Below are positions 24,320 to 38,700 of a DNA stretch of 64,000 bases, piece after piece. Origin of the DNA: Chiloscyllium plagiosum. Its lineage: Eukaryota. Both the position numbers and the translations under genes were made by a program. The stretch covers positions 2,395,285-2,459,284 of the forward strand of contig NC_057753.1 of the NCBI RefSeq assembly GCF_004010195.1. Reading direction: 5' to 3'. The notes beneath the pieces are model-generated. The model made no database searches, had not been told where the DNA came from, and saw only the letters and a list, made by a program, of their open reading frames with translations. The stretch's first letter is position 1, and every line of letters begins with the position of its first letter.

Positions 24320-25670
24320 TTAGAACAAAAAAAAACAAAGAACAACGAAACGTTACTGCCCAGGAACAGGCCCTTCACTCTTCCAAGCCTGAGCCAATCC
24401 GAATCCACTGTCTAAACCGATTGCCCAGTTAATATGTATCTGTATCTCTCTGCTCCCCACTTATTCATAAACCTGTCCAGATGCACCTCAAGTAAATCTA
24501 CCGTGCCTGCCTCTACTAGCTCTGCTGACAAAAGTTCCAGGCACTTACCACCCTCTGTTTAAAGTAATTTTCACATGTATCCCTCTTAAACGTTTCACCT
24601 GTCACCTTGAATGCGTGACCAATCTCTCTGCTCATTAACCTAACACAAGGTTCTTCTGTTTAAAATATAGTCCGCTCTAGAATTAGACTTCTCAAAATGC
24701 ATTACCTCACATTTGACTGGATTGAACTCCATCTGCCACTTCTCTGCCGAACTCTCCAGTCTACCTATATTCTCCTGCATTCTTTGACAGTCCCCATGCT
24801 TTCTGCTACTCCACCGATCTTCGTGTCACCAGACCAAAAATGCCCTCTTTCAGATCATTTAAGTAAGTTACAAACAACACCGGCCCCAGGTTGATCCCTT
24901 TGGAACACTACTCGTCACCTTTCTCCATTTCGAGAAACTCCATTGAACTACTATTCTCTGTCTCCTGTTGCTTTTCCAGTTCTTTATCCAACTGGCTAGA
25001 ACTCCCTGCACATCATGTGACTTCACTTTCTCCATTAGTTTTTCATGGGGAACCTCATCAACGCCTTACTAAAGTCCATGTATATGACATCTAAAGCCCT
25101 TCCTGCATCTACCAACTTGGTAACTTCCTCAAGGAACTCTATCAACTTTGTAAAACACGAGCTCCCACGCACAAAACCATATTGCCCACCACTGGCGTCA
25201 GGCTTACTGGTCTGTCGTTACCTGGACTATCCCTCCTACAATTCTTGTACAGAGGGACAACATACGCAACTGGTTAGTACTTCTGCACTTCATCTGTGTT
25301 TAATGATCCTACAAAGATATCTGTCAGGGCCCCAGGTATTTCCTCTCTCACCTTCCTCAGCAACCTGGCATAGATCCCATCTGATCCTAGGGATTTGTCC
25401 ACCTTCATGTCGTTTAGCCTACCCAACATATCTTCCCTCCTTACGACAACATGATCCAAAGTAAACAAAATTCTATCTCCAATCTCAACATTCATCATGT
25501 CCCTCTCCTCACTGAACGTTGACGCAAAAGCAATCACTGAGAATCTCACCCATTTTCTCAGGTTCGACACACAACCTTCCTTCGTTATCATTTAATGGAC
25601 TTTTCTTCCGTTATCCTCCTGCTTCTTATATATGAATAAACGGCTTAGGATTATCTCTAATTCTGCTCAC
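24320..25670 (-). mobile_element. CR1-clade LINE, internally deleted
   Basis: ORF 25274-25591 (KVDKSLGSDGIYARLLR) and antisense YMDFSKA motif; (AAAGAAC)n antisense tail; same family as 51630-54090. Confidence 0.85.
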
Positions 25671-26509
25671 TTGGATACAGGATATAACTTGAAATTGCTG
25701 GGGGAGGAAATACTTCCTTCAGTTACGGTTGCACCAAGAATCCAGTTAGAAAGGGACAACTCAGCTGACCAATGTTAAAGAAAGTGGGGGTGTGGTGGGC
25801 AATGTGTGCACTTCGACATGGAGCTGTTGTTTTTTTTTCAAGGTAAGCTAATTTCTGTAAGCGTTTTTGCTGGAGAGATCTGAAGGTGCAACAAAGTTGG
25901 GTTGCAATAAACGTTTCCTGAACTTACCGTTGGTCTCAAAATCTCATTGAAAGCTATGAACTCCAATAGGTTGTTGTTTTAAAGCTTCTCATTTCTTTAG
26001 GTTATAGTTTATTTGGAATTACTAGCTCCTGTTTCTTGCCCAATATCGTATTTGATCTGCCATAATCTCTGACGGCCTTGACTGAAATTTTGAGTCAACA
26101 ATTGCTTTCATGTTCAATTGCAATATGGCCACCTATTGCAAAAGTGAAAATGCAACATTTCAAAAAAAACGAAGCTGGCTAATAGGAGCTTGTTTTTATT
26201 GTCCTGCATATGTTTTTTTTTAAAAGCGTGTATTTATTATAAGAATTATTAACAGTATACCCATCGCAGTTTTTCAATAACAATTCGGTTGAATGTTCGT
26301 GGATTTGGTTCAGGCGAGTGTCAGAAGCAAAAACAGAACGTCAGTATTATGTTAACATCACGTACATGATCACGCAATTTCCAGAAGCTGTTCCTTCAAT
26401 AATCATTACAACCAGCCCAGCATTTGAAGCATTAGCATAGCTTTTTAATCGTTTAGACGACTGACGAGACATGATCAGATGAGGGATATTAAGTTCGAGG
26501 AAGTAATAT

Positions 26510-26680
26510 TCCAGGCGGGCACGATAGCGTCATTTAATATGTATTTCGACAGGTAGATGTATGGGCAGGCAGCCTTGGAAATAGGTGACAGGCTTTGATA
26601 GAGGATCTGGATCGGCGCAGGCTTGGAGGGCCGAAAGCCCTGTTCCTGTGCTGTGATTTTCTTTTCTTTTTGTTCTTTGA
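26510..26680 (+). mobile_element. CR1 3' end fragment
   Basis: ggcttggagggccgaaagcc...cctgtgctgt followed by a tctttgt-type tail. Confidence 0.7.
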
Positions 26681-26804
26681 AATTATCACCATTTTGGGGC
26701 ATAAAATGGTTGAAATCACTTTGGAGCAGAACAATTAGACTCTCAAAGACACGATTAAGGCACAACGTCACAAATACCCAAAGGGTCAGTATAAGAAATA
26801 ATTT

Positions 26805-27082
26805 AGATTAGATTCCCTATAGTGTGAAAACAGGCCCTTTGGATTAACCAATCCACACCGATCCTCCGAAGAGTGAACCACGCAGACCCATTTTCCGAAT
26901 GCACCTAACACCATGGGCAATTTAGCATGTCCAATTCACCTGACCTGTCCATATTTGGACTGTGCGAGAAAACTGGAACGCACCCACAGGGAGAATGTGC
27001 AAACTCCACGCAGATAGCTGTCAGAGGCTGGAATCGAACCTGGAAAGCATCAGTGCTAACCACTAAGCCACTGTGCCACCCT
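26805..27082 (-). mobile_element. tRNA-derived SINE (diverged)
   Basis: Antisense HE1-like core and head (ctaaccactaagccactgtgccaccc). Confidence 0.85.
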
Positions 27083-27859
27083 AAATTGCTTTTATTTCTA
27101 ACAAGAGAGTCTCCAAATAGATGAAATGGATATTCCGCATTCAAATAGATTTTAAATCATAAGATTCGTGGGGCACTTAATTTGATAAGAAAGCTCTTAA
27201 TGAATGATAAAGGTGAATTGTCAATGCTGGGCGACAGGTCAGTGTTTCTTGAAATACTGCTATTAGCGCGCAATAACAGAGGAACATTCCAAGTTGTCAT
27301 TGGCAAATATGTGTAGATAAACACTCAGCTGCTAGTTTCAGATGGAGAATGAAGTGTTGATACAATCATTAATACTTAAATACGTGGAAGTCAATTTAAG
27401 TGATCCATATGCAGTTGTTTGAGCAGTTCGTGAAGTGAATTATTTGATAAATATCTCTGCTTATCGGACAAAAAATCAGATAGGTCACACACATGTGCAG
27501 AAAAGGTTTATTTTCAGAGGGAAGACATTAAGGAGAACCAAATGTGCCAGGTGATAAGAGTCGTGGAATATGATAAATATGATGAGAGTGAGGTGGAACG
27601 AGGAAAACATTTTTCAAAGTGCAATTTCTAAAGGTCAACCAGGTAACACAGAAATGCTGAGGCAGCTAGATATTGCGATCACACGTCAAGAGAAATGACA
27701 ATAAAGGGAATCTTTTAATATTACTTAAAATGTAAAAGGTAACCTGTCGAGATACATCTTTCTGATTAATGCAAGTAAGATGTTTTTTTGGACTAAGGAT
27801 TCTCAGAATCAATTGAACAAAGCGTCCAGAAATATAAACTCAGGTAGAAGCAAATTTTC

Positions 27860-29050
27860 TGTATATGAGGAAGTAACCAAGAAATATGATGAAAGGAGTG
27901 CAATAGACTTTATTTACTTAGACTTCGTTAAGGCTTCTGAGAAGGTTCCACATGGTAGACTAATTAGTTATGTTAGATCACATGGGTTTCAGGGTGAGCT
28001 TGCTCATTGAATTCAAAATAGGCTTAGCAACAGTATACCAAGAGAAATGGTTGACACTTGCTTTTCGAACTAGACCTCTGAGACTGGCGGTGTTCGACAG
28101 GGATCGATGCTGTATCTAATTGAATTTGTCATTTTATAAATGATTTAGATGAGAATATAAAAAACAGGATTGATAAGTTTACGGGTGACAGCAGATTGGT
28201 GGTCGAGTGGACAGTGAAACAAGTTATCTGAAATTAAGAAGTGATCTTCATCAGTTGGGTCAATGGGCTGAAGAGTGGCATATGTATATTACGTTGAATA
28301 AATGAGATGTAGTACATCGTGGAAAACAAACAAAGGCAATACATGTTCATTGAAAGGTGCGACATTGTGCATAATAGGGAGATGTAAGGATTTCAAAACA
28401 TAATTCTTTGAAATTCGCATCATATCCCGACACGATGGTTAAGAAGGCATTTGGAATGCTTGCCTTCAATACATAGACTTCTCAATGTACTCGTCAGAGC
28501 GTGATGTTGAGAGTGCACAGAAAGGTAGTCAAACCTTTTCTGGAAGATTGTGTCCAGTTCTTGTCACCCTGTTATAAGAAGGAGAGGGTTCAGAGGAGAT
28601 GTACCGGGCTATTTCCAGGAATGGAGTTTTTGAATTATAAAGAGAAGCTGGATTGTGTGGGACTTCTTTCTCTGCAGAGGGATGATATTGTAGAGATATA
28701 AAATAATGGAGGTGTAGAGATGCGTTTAATGCCAGGTGTCTTTTCCCTCGAGTGAGGAATTACAAGATTAGGGAACCCATCTATAGAGTGAAACGGGTAT
28801 GATTTAAAGAAAACATGAGGAGCAATCTTTTTTCGACAGAGATTAATTCTGTGTGGTATGAACTTCGAAAGGAGTTGGTGAATGGAACTGCAGTTGCAAC
28901 GTTTAAACGGTATTCAGATACGTACATGACTGCTTAGAAGGACATGGATCAAATGCAGGCAGGTTGGACGAGTTTAGTTTGGGATTATGGTCAATATGGA
29001 TTGGTTGGATCATGGGATTTGTTTCTGTGCTGTACGACTCTATGACTCCA
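27860..29050 (+). mobile_element. CR1 LINE 3' part, decayed
   Basis: DFIYLDFVKASEKVPHGRL and CVQFLSPCYKK motifs; tail gactctatgactc. Confidence 0.85.
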
Positions 29051-29704
29051 AGTCACTTGATTGAACTTAATAAAAGCAAACGGGGCTGGCCAATAATTCA
29101 CCACCCTAAACAAAATCGATCAAGCAGACTTTGTGTATTTTAATTAAAAGTGAATGCAGTGTCAAAGTCAGATTAATACTCAATTTCATGATTGCAAGCC
29201 TGCATTTATATTCTTGGCAGTGTTTCATTTCATTCTAGAAATATCTTTTGAAGGGATAATGACAAGTGCAATTCACATCAAGAATAATAGCACGGCAGAA
29301 CCACGTTCAACTTACGAAAACCTATTAAATTAAACATCAAAATGTTAACTTTCAAGGTAGGATAGTTCAATGTAAAACATGACTAAACTGTAAATAATAT
29401 GAAGAATCCATAATGTTTGTAAAATGGTAATTGTAAATGGGAAAACGATAAAATTAACACTGCGCAATGATGTCAGGGAATGTAACAAATCATACCTTAA
29501 AACTCATAAATAGTCAGAAGTCAGAGTACGTTTGCAATGCAAAACAGGAGAAAAATGGTTACATTGAACATGCTGTAGTAGTAAAGAGAAAACATATATT
29601 GGAGAAATTATGTCTGGAACGTGAAGAAGCATTTCTAGTAAAATGGGGGCAATTGCTTCATCTGATGAAACAGATTAGTTCCGATCTTACTGCAATACTT
29701 TATT

Positions 29705-29773
29705 TTGAATTCCAATGGCTGCAAGGACAGGATCGAAAATGGTAAACACCATACTTTTGAGTATTGCATGCAT
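29705..29773 (-). pseudogene. Orphan exon 1 of a third GPR139-like gene
   Basis: Reads MHAILKSMVFTIFDPVLAAIGIQ versus MHGIPKGLLFSIYYPILAVTGIP at 39089; flanks are also homologous; donor G|GT mutated to A|AT; no exon 2 seen. Confidence 0.75.
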
Positions 29774-30049
29774 TACTGCCAGAAGGTCTTTGCCCATTTT
29801 GCACCAGTGGGCTCCAGATAAATTGCTAGCTGGCTTGATAGTCTGGTTTACTTAGATTTGCGCAAAGAAACAGGTTAGTGCAGAGGATGCTGTACTGTTG
29901 TATATGACTCGGTAGAATCGACTGATTCATGGTATTGACTGGGGTCTAGCAGAATTCTATGATCCCAGTTGCATTTCTTCATTAGAACTTGAACTGCCTG
30001 GGTATTGACCTCAGGTGTAACAATAGTTTTAATTGAGAATACGAAGAGT

Positions 30050-31050
30050 GTTCAACCTGGAGTTTGGTGAACAGGGGCATTTCACAGAGATGTTTTCTGG
30101 TCCCTCTGCTCATCGTGATTTTTTAAAATGACTTGGAGCAGGAAATGGAAACGTGGGTTAGTAAGTTTGCCAATGACACGAAGGTTCATGGGGTTGGGGA
30201 TAGTGTAGAGAGATGTTGTAGGTTGCAATGGGACAATGAGAGGATGCAGAACTGCGCTGAGAAGTGGCCGATAGGGTTCAACCTGGAAAAGTGGGAAGTT
30301 ATTCGCTTTGGAACATCAACTTTGAATGTAGAATATTGGGATAATGGCAGGATTCTTGGCAATGTGGTGGAACTGAGGGATCTTGGTGTCTATGTCCACA
30401 GATTCCTCAAAGTTGTCACCCGAGCGATATGGTTCTGAAGGCGCATGGTATGTTGGCTTTCATTAGTAGGGGGGTTGAGTTTGTGAACTCTAAGCTTATG
30501 CCGCTGCTCGATCGAGCCCTGGTGAGACCACACTTGGTTTTTTTTTTTTTTGGTTCAGGTGGCCGGATTATAACGAAGGTGTAGAGCTTTATAAAAAGTG
30601 CAGAGGAAATTTACCAGGATGCTGCCTTATCTGGACAGCATATGTTATCAAGAAAGTTTTAGGGATCTTGGTCTTTTCTCATTGGAGTGAAGAGGGATGA
30701 GATCTGTCTAAATAGAGGTATACAAAATGCTGAGAGGAATAGATAGTGGTACACCAGAGGATTAATAAATGTATCAAGAGGTGGCATAATTTTAAGGTAA
30801 TTGGAGGTTGGTTTCGGGGAGATGTCAGAGGTTAGTTCTTTCCACAGAGTGTTGGGTACATGGAATGCACTGTCGGCAGTGGTAGTAGCGTCAGGTACAT
30901 TAGTGACATGTAAGCGAGTCTTGTATCGGCACATGAAAGCTTTTAGAACGGAAGACATGTAGATTAGTCTGATCCTGCAGTATGATAAACAACACAATGA
31001 CGAGGGCTGACGGCCTGTACTGTGCTGTATTGTTGTGGTTCTGTGTTGTA
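30050..31050 (+). mobile_element. CR1 LINE 3' part, decayed
   Basis: ORF 30133-30438 (SKFANDTK, RDLGVYVH). Confidence 0.85.
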
Positions 31051-31899
31051 GGAGTCATTAATTTATAATCAGCTGAGAACTGAAGAATCCTGTTCAGTTA
31101 GTGATAAACAGAAAGCAAGCAACCAATAAACAACAAACATAACATTGCTTCAGGACACGTTGGTCATGATGCCCGTCCAATAATTTATTCAAATAAACTC
31201 AATTAGGGTTCATGCGATATTTCAATGGTCTCAAATAATGTATCACTTACGAAAATTCTCCCTTTCCTTTTTTTTAACCAATGGCAAAACAAGTCCAAAT
31301 TTGCACGATGATTATTCACTAGCAACAGCACTGGCAACAACTCAACAGAACATCATTGGCACTGTGATGGGTGTGTCAGAATGAAAGGGCAAAAGCTGGA
31401 CCAAAACCCTGTTGAATGTCTTTGTAATTACAAATACTTTGTGGCGTTTTACGCATGTATAGTTTTTATGTATTCTTTCTTCCTTTCGTTCTTTCTTTGT
31501 AGTCGTTAACTCAATGGTATTGCACTTAAATCATGATTAACAACTAATAAAAAACTGCATTTACATGAATTCAACTGTTGTCATGGTACCTGCCTCAGGA
31601 AGCTAATATCGCCTTTGAGGGGATGATTCGTAGAGGTAATATGATAAAGCTGCATGATCAGAAGCTGTACTAATTATGTTAACTTGGATAAAATAACACA
31701 AAGATTATTCAATATCTATTCAGCAAATGCCAAGTAAACATAAAACGGTGAATGAATATTGCTGAGGAAGAAAGTATATCAGCAAAAGTTGGGAATCTAT
31801 CTTCCTAGCAAAGAACATCCCACCCAGAACGTTCCTGCTTCCACCACCGGACTCACACTATCCATGAAATTTTGCATTTTATGTGGCAAATCTGTATAG

Positions 31900-32075
31900 A
31901 CTGCACTGCCTTGGACACGATGGGAAATTTAGTATAGTCAACCGGTGTAATTGGCCCATCCTAGTCCTATGGTTGAAAACCGGACCTCCCAAATCCACGC
32001 AAACGCAGGGAGAATGTATGAAACTTCACATGCAGAATTGCTTCAGGCTGTGAGGCAGCAGTGATAACCACTGAA
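31900..32075 (-). mobile_element. Old SINE fragment
   Basis: acgcagggagaatgt...ctgtgaggcagcagtgataaccactg, antisense SINE head. Confidence 0.55.
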
Positions 32076-34589
32076 CTGCAAAATGTACAGTGCAAATTCG
32101 AAGATTGTATCTGTTCATTGGGATAGGGATATCACTAAGGTAGAGATTGATTATTGTAAATTTGGAGAATTGTTATACCTGATTTGCACAGTAACTAACT
32201 GCAAAAAAGAACTGGAACGTTGATAACTGCAAGCACCAGATACTAAATGCAAAGAGGACAACTGCTAGCTGTTTGCATTTCTGTTCGACAGGAGTTGTAT
32301 CACTTTCTAGTCAATTACATTGTCAGACGCAATGAATCATATTTTGCAGACAGTGCCATCACCATTCCGAGGTGTATTACATTCCATTAGAAGACAGAGA
32401 AGCTAACATAGTAGGAAAGAGTCGGCATTGTGTTCCCGGAGAAATCCAGCCTCCATAATTTTTATATTATCAAAAGTATTTTCTTCATTGCCATTCCCTG
32501 TTATCAGTATTCTTTTCAGAGCCACAACAGAGTATTAAACTTCTTTGGATTTTTTTTGTGTATTGTAAATTGCAGAAAATAATGTAAATGGTTAAGTGAT
32601 ATGCGTGGGTTTCTTCAATCTTGCGCAATTTATTAACACTCATTTTTTTCTCTCAAAATTTATCTCTTATTTGATGACTTGAAACTGCTAGCAAGTTACT
32701 GCTAGACGTATCTCGTTTTGTACCGAGGACAAGAGTTTTAACTCACTATATGTGATACAATATGCAGAGCAAAAGAACATTTTTGCTACTGATGCCCAAA
32801 ATGCAGCCATTGGCAAAAACTCTTGGAATAAAGACACCAATAAAGAATCCATTGAATTTGCCATGCTCCACAGGAATTCATCATTATAGTGAGGTGTCTG
32901 CTGTTATGCACAAGAATGCACGCGGGAATGGCACCAAGACCAGTCGTGTGTGTGTTTTGATGATCAGAGTAATTAAAGCTGAGTGCATTAAACAACAACC
33001 ACCCCCCCCCTCCCCCCTCCCCCGATTTGCCACTGGAATTCTGTGCAGACAATAGTTGGGGCAGTGGAAATTTTCATTCCTTAAAATGCATGACTAAAAT
33101 TGATGCCTTCACGACCACTTTCTGTGGCTCAGTCATGGGAATTTCCGCAGACCAGACAACAATCAATTTAATGTCAGTGAAGTCAATTTCACACTATGGT
33201 GAAATTGCAACTCGCATTTGCCATCTCCACATCATAACAATTAGGTTTGGCTTACGTTTCATGCTGATTTCGAATTGCTCAGACGGTCTTTGACAGCAAC
33301 ACATTGAAGTGGCTTCGGGTAATGCCAAAGGAAAGATATGTCAGGAGCAATATATTTCCTTCCCAAAAAAGTAAGTCATTCTGGGGTTTCAATGAATGTT
33401 CCCACATTATGACTCTGGATTGTAATGCTATTAGCAGACTGTGACCACATCCTCTAACATGAAATACTAGCATGCAAGTTCAGCAAACGAAGCAAAAAGT
33501 ATTGTTATTTTTGCTGTTCTTAATCACAGTCCTGGAGCAATGTCACTTAGGGTGGAGGAGGTGGGGTGGGATTACTGCCAACTGGCGTTATTACTGGACT
33601 GTTAATCCAAACAGCAAGTACTTTCTCGAGACCTGAGATTTAATCAAAGCAGCTGATGGAATTTCAAAACAACAACAACAACAAAAAAGTCGGAGCTAAA
33701 TGTGGAATGATGAAATATATTGTTGATTGTTGGGAAAGAAAACCGTCAGTTTCACAAATATCTCGTAGGGAAGGTAACTGCAATTTTAGCTAATCTCGTC
33801 CACATGTGACTCCAGAATGACAGCAATGCAGTTGATGCTTAACTGGCCTGTGTGCAATTCTGGATGGATAATAAATGGTGGCCCAGCACGGATTCATCTA
33901 CAACCCAGGAACGATTTTTTGAAAGAAGTCATTGCCTGCTCAGGAGAATCGGGAATGTTACATAAATATGTTAAATTGTCAGACTCTCATATCCACGGTC
34001 ATTGTCCGAATGGAAGCTTGAACCTACTGTTTCACTTTCAGTCAGGAACAGATCTAAGCTTAGCATCAATCTCAGATTTGGCATCATATTTCCAGCATTC
34101 CCCATGTTAGTTCACGTCTCTAATCCCAACTGTCAAGAAGCTTGTGTTCCTTGTTGTTGTAAAGGCCTATGGTTAAAGCTGACAATATGGCTGGCTGGAG
34201 CTTTTTAGTTGACAGAAAATGCTGAAAGAGGTTTACATAGTTATCTATGGCAGATGTTCACAGCCAGACTGGTGACATACACACAGGGTCACCGGATAAG
34301 AGAATAGAAGAGAAAAGGCAGAAGTGCTCAGTCAGGCATTCTTCATAAGAGAGGCATAGATGAAAACCATTTCAGCAAACTAATGTAAAAGTTCAAATTG
34401 ATACAGAGTAGAAAGTAAAGTGAATTCCCTTAATTAAAGCATGTTCAGGAATTTGGAAATTACATAAATGAGTGCACACAAACCTGTATATTTGTAAAAC
34501 ATAGTAATAGTTTTCTTTCAATTGATAGATATTTTGCACTGAATTACACAAGCTTTTCTGAGAGAAAGCATCTCTGAAATGCCAAGATA

Positions 34590-34890
34590 AAGAGTGATTG
34601 ACTCTGCTGCCTCTAAGTGCCAGGGACATGGGTTCCATTCAAGCTTTGAGTGACCGTCTGTGTGGCGTTTGTTACTTTCCCCTGGTGTCTGTGTAAATGT
34701 CATCGATTTCTTCCCACCGTCCAAGAATGTGCAGCTTAGGTGACCATGCTGAGTTGCCCATGGTAACTAGGGATGTGTCACTTAAGTGAATTAGCCATTG
34801 AAAATGCAGAATTGCATGAATAGGGGAGGGAGTTGAGTCTGGTTGGGTCAGTGTGCGCTCAATGGGACAAATGGGCTGCTTCCATACTGT
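34590..34890 (+). mobile_element. Old tRNA-derived SINE
   Basis: ctgctgcctc...gggttccattc B-box, SINE core, ccatgctgagttgccc. Confidence 0.7.
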
Positions 34891-35859
34891 GTTTATGAAG
34901 CGACGTACAGGAACAAACACCCTGAAGTTTGCAGTTTAATAATACCCCAAGTAGATATATGAATGTACAGTAATTTAGATTCATTGATAACTGTCATTAA
35001 CATTAAAACAATTCCGAAATGCAACTCACAGGCATTCAGGCAGAAATTCAGTTGACGTTTTCGAAGCAGTCAACTGCAGACAGTAAGAAAAAAAAAGGCC
35101 ACTTCACGGGGAAAATGGAGCACAAATGGTGTAAACAGAGCATCACTAAGAGAGCAGAAAAGTTTGTAAACATGGTAAATAAACAACTGTAGCTCAATTA
35201 CAGATCCTTGCATTCAAAGAGTGAGCGAATTTCACCCTCACCGATGGATAGAGAGAGTTAGGTTTATAAAGAATTACCTTCCTGTTTTAAACCCAATTTG
35301 AAGCATGAAAACTGCAGGTTCATAAACTGCAATTGCAAAACAGAGAGACATCGATCTTCCAGGTTCGAGAGCGACATAAAATGTTGTCTGTTTGATCGCC
35401 TTATTAAAAAAACTATAACATGAAATGTAAGTATATAACTTTGAGGTTACAAATTTTATTAAAATGTGTAGATATTCTCATCCTGTTATGTTGTTTATAC
35501 TAAAGTGATGAGGGAATTTGGAAGATTTCATCGTAGTAAGTGGATATCCAATTTATTAGTAATGAACAAGAGGTAGCTGGTAATTGCCTGGGAAGGAGTA
35601 TAACTGTCACATGCATTGTAAGATCCCACGGAAGTGATTGAGGTGTTTGGTCAATATCATGAGATTATGGGAGGACCTTGGGCTGTCCATGGAGCTGTGA
35701 ATCATTGATCACGCGTTTACAGATTTGGATGCATAGATTAGGGGTGTGTGGCAAAGAATGGCATCGATGTTGCATGCGATTATTTGAAAGGAAATGTTTA
35801 AAAAGGCTATCCATTTGAATCCTACACAATGCCAGTGAAACTACAGACTAGGCAAACCA

Positions 35860-38700
35860 GAGTGTCCCAGAGAGGGTCCTCTCCAATGCTACATGATAAA
35901 GAGCTCGAATTATTCCACGAAAGACGAATATTTCCCTTCAACAATGTCCAAACTGTCAGTTGACTTGGCATCAAACTCCTGTCACTAATGATCTGTGTAC
36001 CATTTATGATGTCTCCATTCCCCAACTATTTCACATGGGTCTGGTTCCACCTCAAAGTGGGAATTCTGTTATCCCAAACAGAGTACATGTCGTCCTCATT
36101 ACCGTCTCACCACGAAAAAGGGCGAGATGCTAAGTCTGAAACCATCTTCACAGTTGAACTGTAGCGCCTGTCATTCTAGGATGCACAGTTCCCTGTTGCT
36201 ATTCCATGTTACTTCATTCCCTTCATACACCACCACTTTCCTTTGGTTTCCCGTTGCAGGAATACAATCACATTACCCATTAGCCCAGATCCTCCAAACT
36301 TTAACTCTCTAGTAATCTTCTTGTCATTGCACTTTGCCCCCTTTTAAAGAGACTTGTTTCCTGCTCTTATTTACAATTTGTTATGGTTTATTTTTCCTTA
36401 ATGAGTATATTGCTTTCAAACCCGTTTTCTGCACATCTACAGCAATTCATGCACATTGAGTGCCACTTCCAGTTTCATCCCTTTCTTTAACGCCATGTTG
36501 GTTGTGGGGTTAACTGCATAATTAACCATCCCCCAGATGCATCTTTCTTTCTTTTTTCCTTTTTGTTTTATCTATTGATTTTGCGAAGGCATTCCATTTC
36601 CTGAGGTTTTGATGGGGTGGGATATCTAAAAGGGTAACTGCCGCATCATCTGAGGCGAGTGCTGCTGTATCCATGGTCAATCCAACCCAAAGTCCATCAA
36701 TTCTGGAACATTATGAATTACTCGCATTAGGTGTTTATGATGGTAATTGTCGTGTTTTCATCAAGAGCCTTCAACTACTCACCTTGGTATCACTCACTCT
36801 GGTTTGGCTCTGTCAGCACTTTGTATACTAAGGAGCTTACCTTACCTAGCACCTCATACGGTCCTGCAAATCTAGGGTCTAGGAAAGGTATCGTTACATT
36901 TTGCCCATTCTGCAGTTTCACTGGCATTGTGTAGGAGACAAAATATGCGAGATTTTCTGCATATTCATATCCATGGTATTTCCAGCTTCATAATTCGCGC
37001 TTTTTTATTCTCAATTAGCTGTTGTATCCACTTGTCTTTGAATTATCCGCCTACTTCCGTTGGTGCCGTGCTTGTGCTCACAGTGGATGCAGGCGACGCA
37101 TCTCTCTGCCTGTCAGTAACCACGAGAGTCTACATCTTGTAGAGGAGGCCACAGAAATTCCTATTATCATCAAGACATGAGGGATAATCATCAGTCAATC
37201 GTTCTGACATTGCTGTACCATATTGGCTGGCAGGTTCTTCAAGGTTCTATTCATTCTCTCCATTATTCATTTTGATTGTGATCCAAGGTACATGACTCCT
37301 TTGTTTAATCCCTTCCAGCGTTACTGCATTCTGCATCGAGTTGTAAAGTGCCTCTTCCTTGACCTGATATTATACTCGTCAATAAACATCAATTATTACA
37401 AATCTTTGCCAACGTACTTTCCATCCAGCTTTGTGGCATTAGATATAGAGTCATAAAATCATACAAATGTACAGCATGGAAATAGACCCTTCGGTCCAAT
37501 CCGTCCATGCCGACCGGATATCGCAACCCAATCTAGTCCCACCTGCCAGCACCCGGCCCATATCCCTCCAAACCCTTCCTATTTATATACCCATCCAAAT
37601 GCATTTTAAATGTTGCAATTGTACCAGCCTCCACCACTTCCTCTGGCAGCTCATTCCATACACTTACCATCCTCTGTGTGATAACGTTGCCCCTTAGGAC
37701 TCTTTTATAGCTTTCCCCACTCACCTAAACCTATGCCCTTTAGTTCTGGACTCCCTGACCCCAGGGAAAAGACTTTGTCTATTTATCCTATCCACATCCC
37801 TCATGCTTTTGTTAATCTCTATAAGGTTACCCCTCAACCTCCGACGGTCCAGGGAAAACAGCCTCAGTCTGTTCAGTCTCTCCTTATAGGTCAAATCCTC
37901 CAAACCTGGCAACATCCTTATAAATCTTTTCTGAACCCTTTCAAGTTTCACAACATCTTTCCAATAGGAAGGAGACCAGAATTGCACGCAATATTCCAAC
38001 AGTGGCCGAATCAATGCCCTGTCCAGCCGTAACATGACCTCCAGACTCCTGTACGTTCGAGTTGGAAACGTTTCTATCTGTTTGGTGAAGAAACTTATTA
38101 TGAACAGGATATGTTTATATCGTCCCCGATAATGGGTAGAGGAAACACAATATCAGGGACCTTCCACTGGCCTTGTGTGCCTAAGAACTCCCTTCTTCTC
38201 ATTTCTCTTCGTCAGTTTTGGGCAGATATTGGATATTTTTAATGTAATGTTCGCTATGTACTTTTGTTGGCTGCCATGACCATATCTCTTTTGGCCTCTC
38301 CATAGTGGTCACCCACCGGTGATATCCATATTTAAAATGGTAACAATAAATCATCCGATGCCTGTCTGCCTCGCGTGCTGCAAAATTAACTTCACAAAAT
38401 ACCACACCCTCCTCTGAATGGCTGTCATTTGTGCCTTAATTTCCTCTGATGCCTTGCCTTCCAATACATTTTGAAACTCTTCATCCTTTCCTTGTTCTCC
38501 TGCCAAATCAATTGGGCCCCATCTTTCTTTTCCAGCGCTTCTTTTCCTTCAATTTGTAGCAGTCATTCTTCTTCAGTCGTTGCTTCTTTTTGGGTTAATT
38601 CATCTACCTAGTTATTTCTCTCTGGTGATAATTATAATTAGCCTTTACATTCATTATTCCATACTATCTTCCATTCACCTTTTCAAATATTTATTGCTGT
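35860..38700 (-). mobile_element. Endogenous retrovirus relic (integrase and 3' region), inverted copy
   Basis: Minus-strand GIKQRSHVPW...MERMNRTLK; homologous to 47750-49960. Confidence 0.75.
37447..38053 (-). mobile_element. CR1 3' fragment inserted in the ERV
   Basis: ORFs 37533-38035 (RPLLEYCVQFWSP, WNELPEEVVEA). Confidence 0.92.

Larger units (their letters stand above)
31130..38700 (-). repeat. Left arm of a large inverted segmental duplication
   Basis: Reverse-complement blocks: 31130-31390/63540-63800; 32330-33220/62430-63300; 34420-34480/54900-54960; 35150-35400/54500-54810; 35560-38700/47750-50260. Confidence 0.85.

Noticed and set aside
25770-25850. CCAAT/GT-box plus AAG|GTAAG as a first exon
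   Set aside because: No downstream exon could be linked to it; short motifs alone are insufficient.
33027-33293. ORF similar to 62475-62723 as a conserved novel protein
   Set aside because: Explained by the inverted DNA duplication; ORF ends differ and no domain is recognisable.
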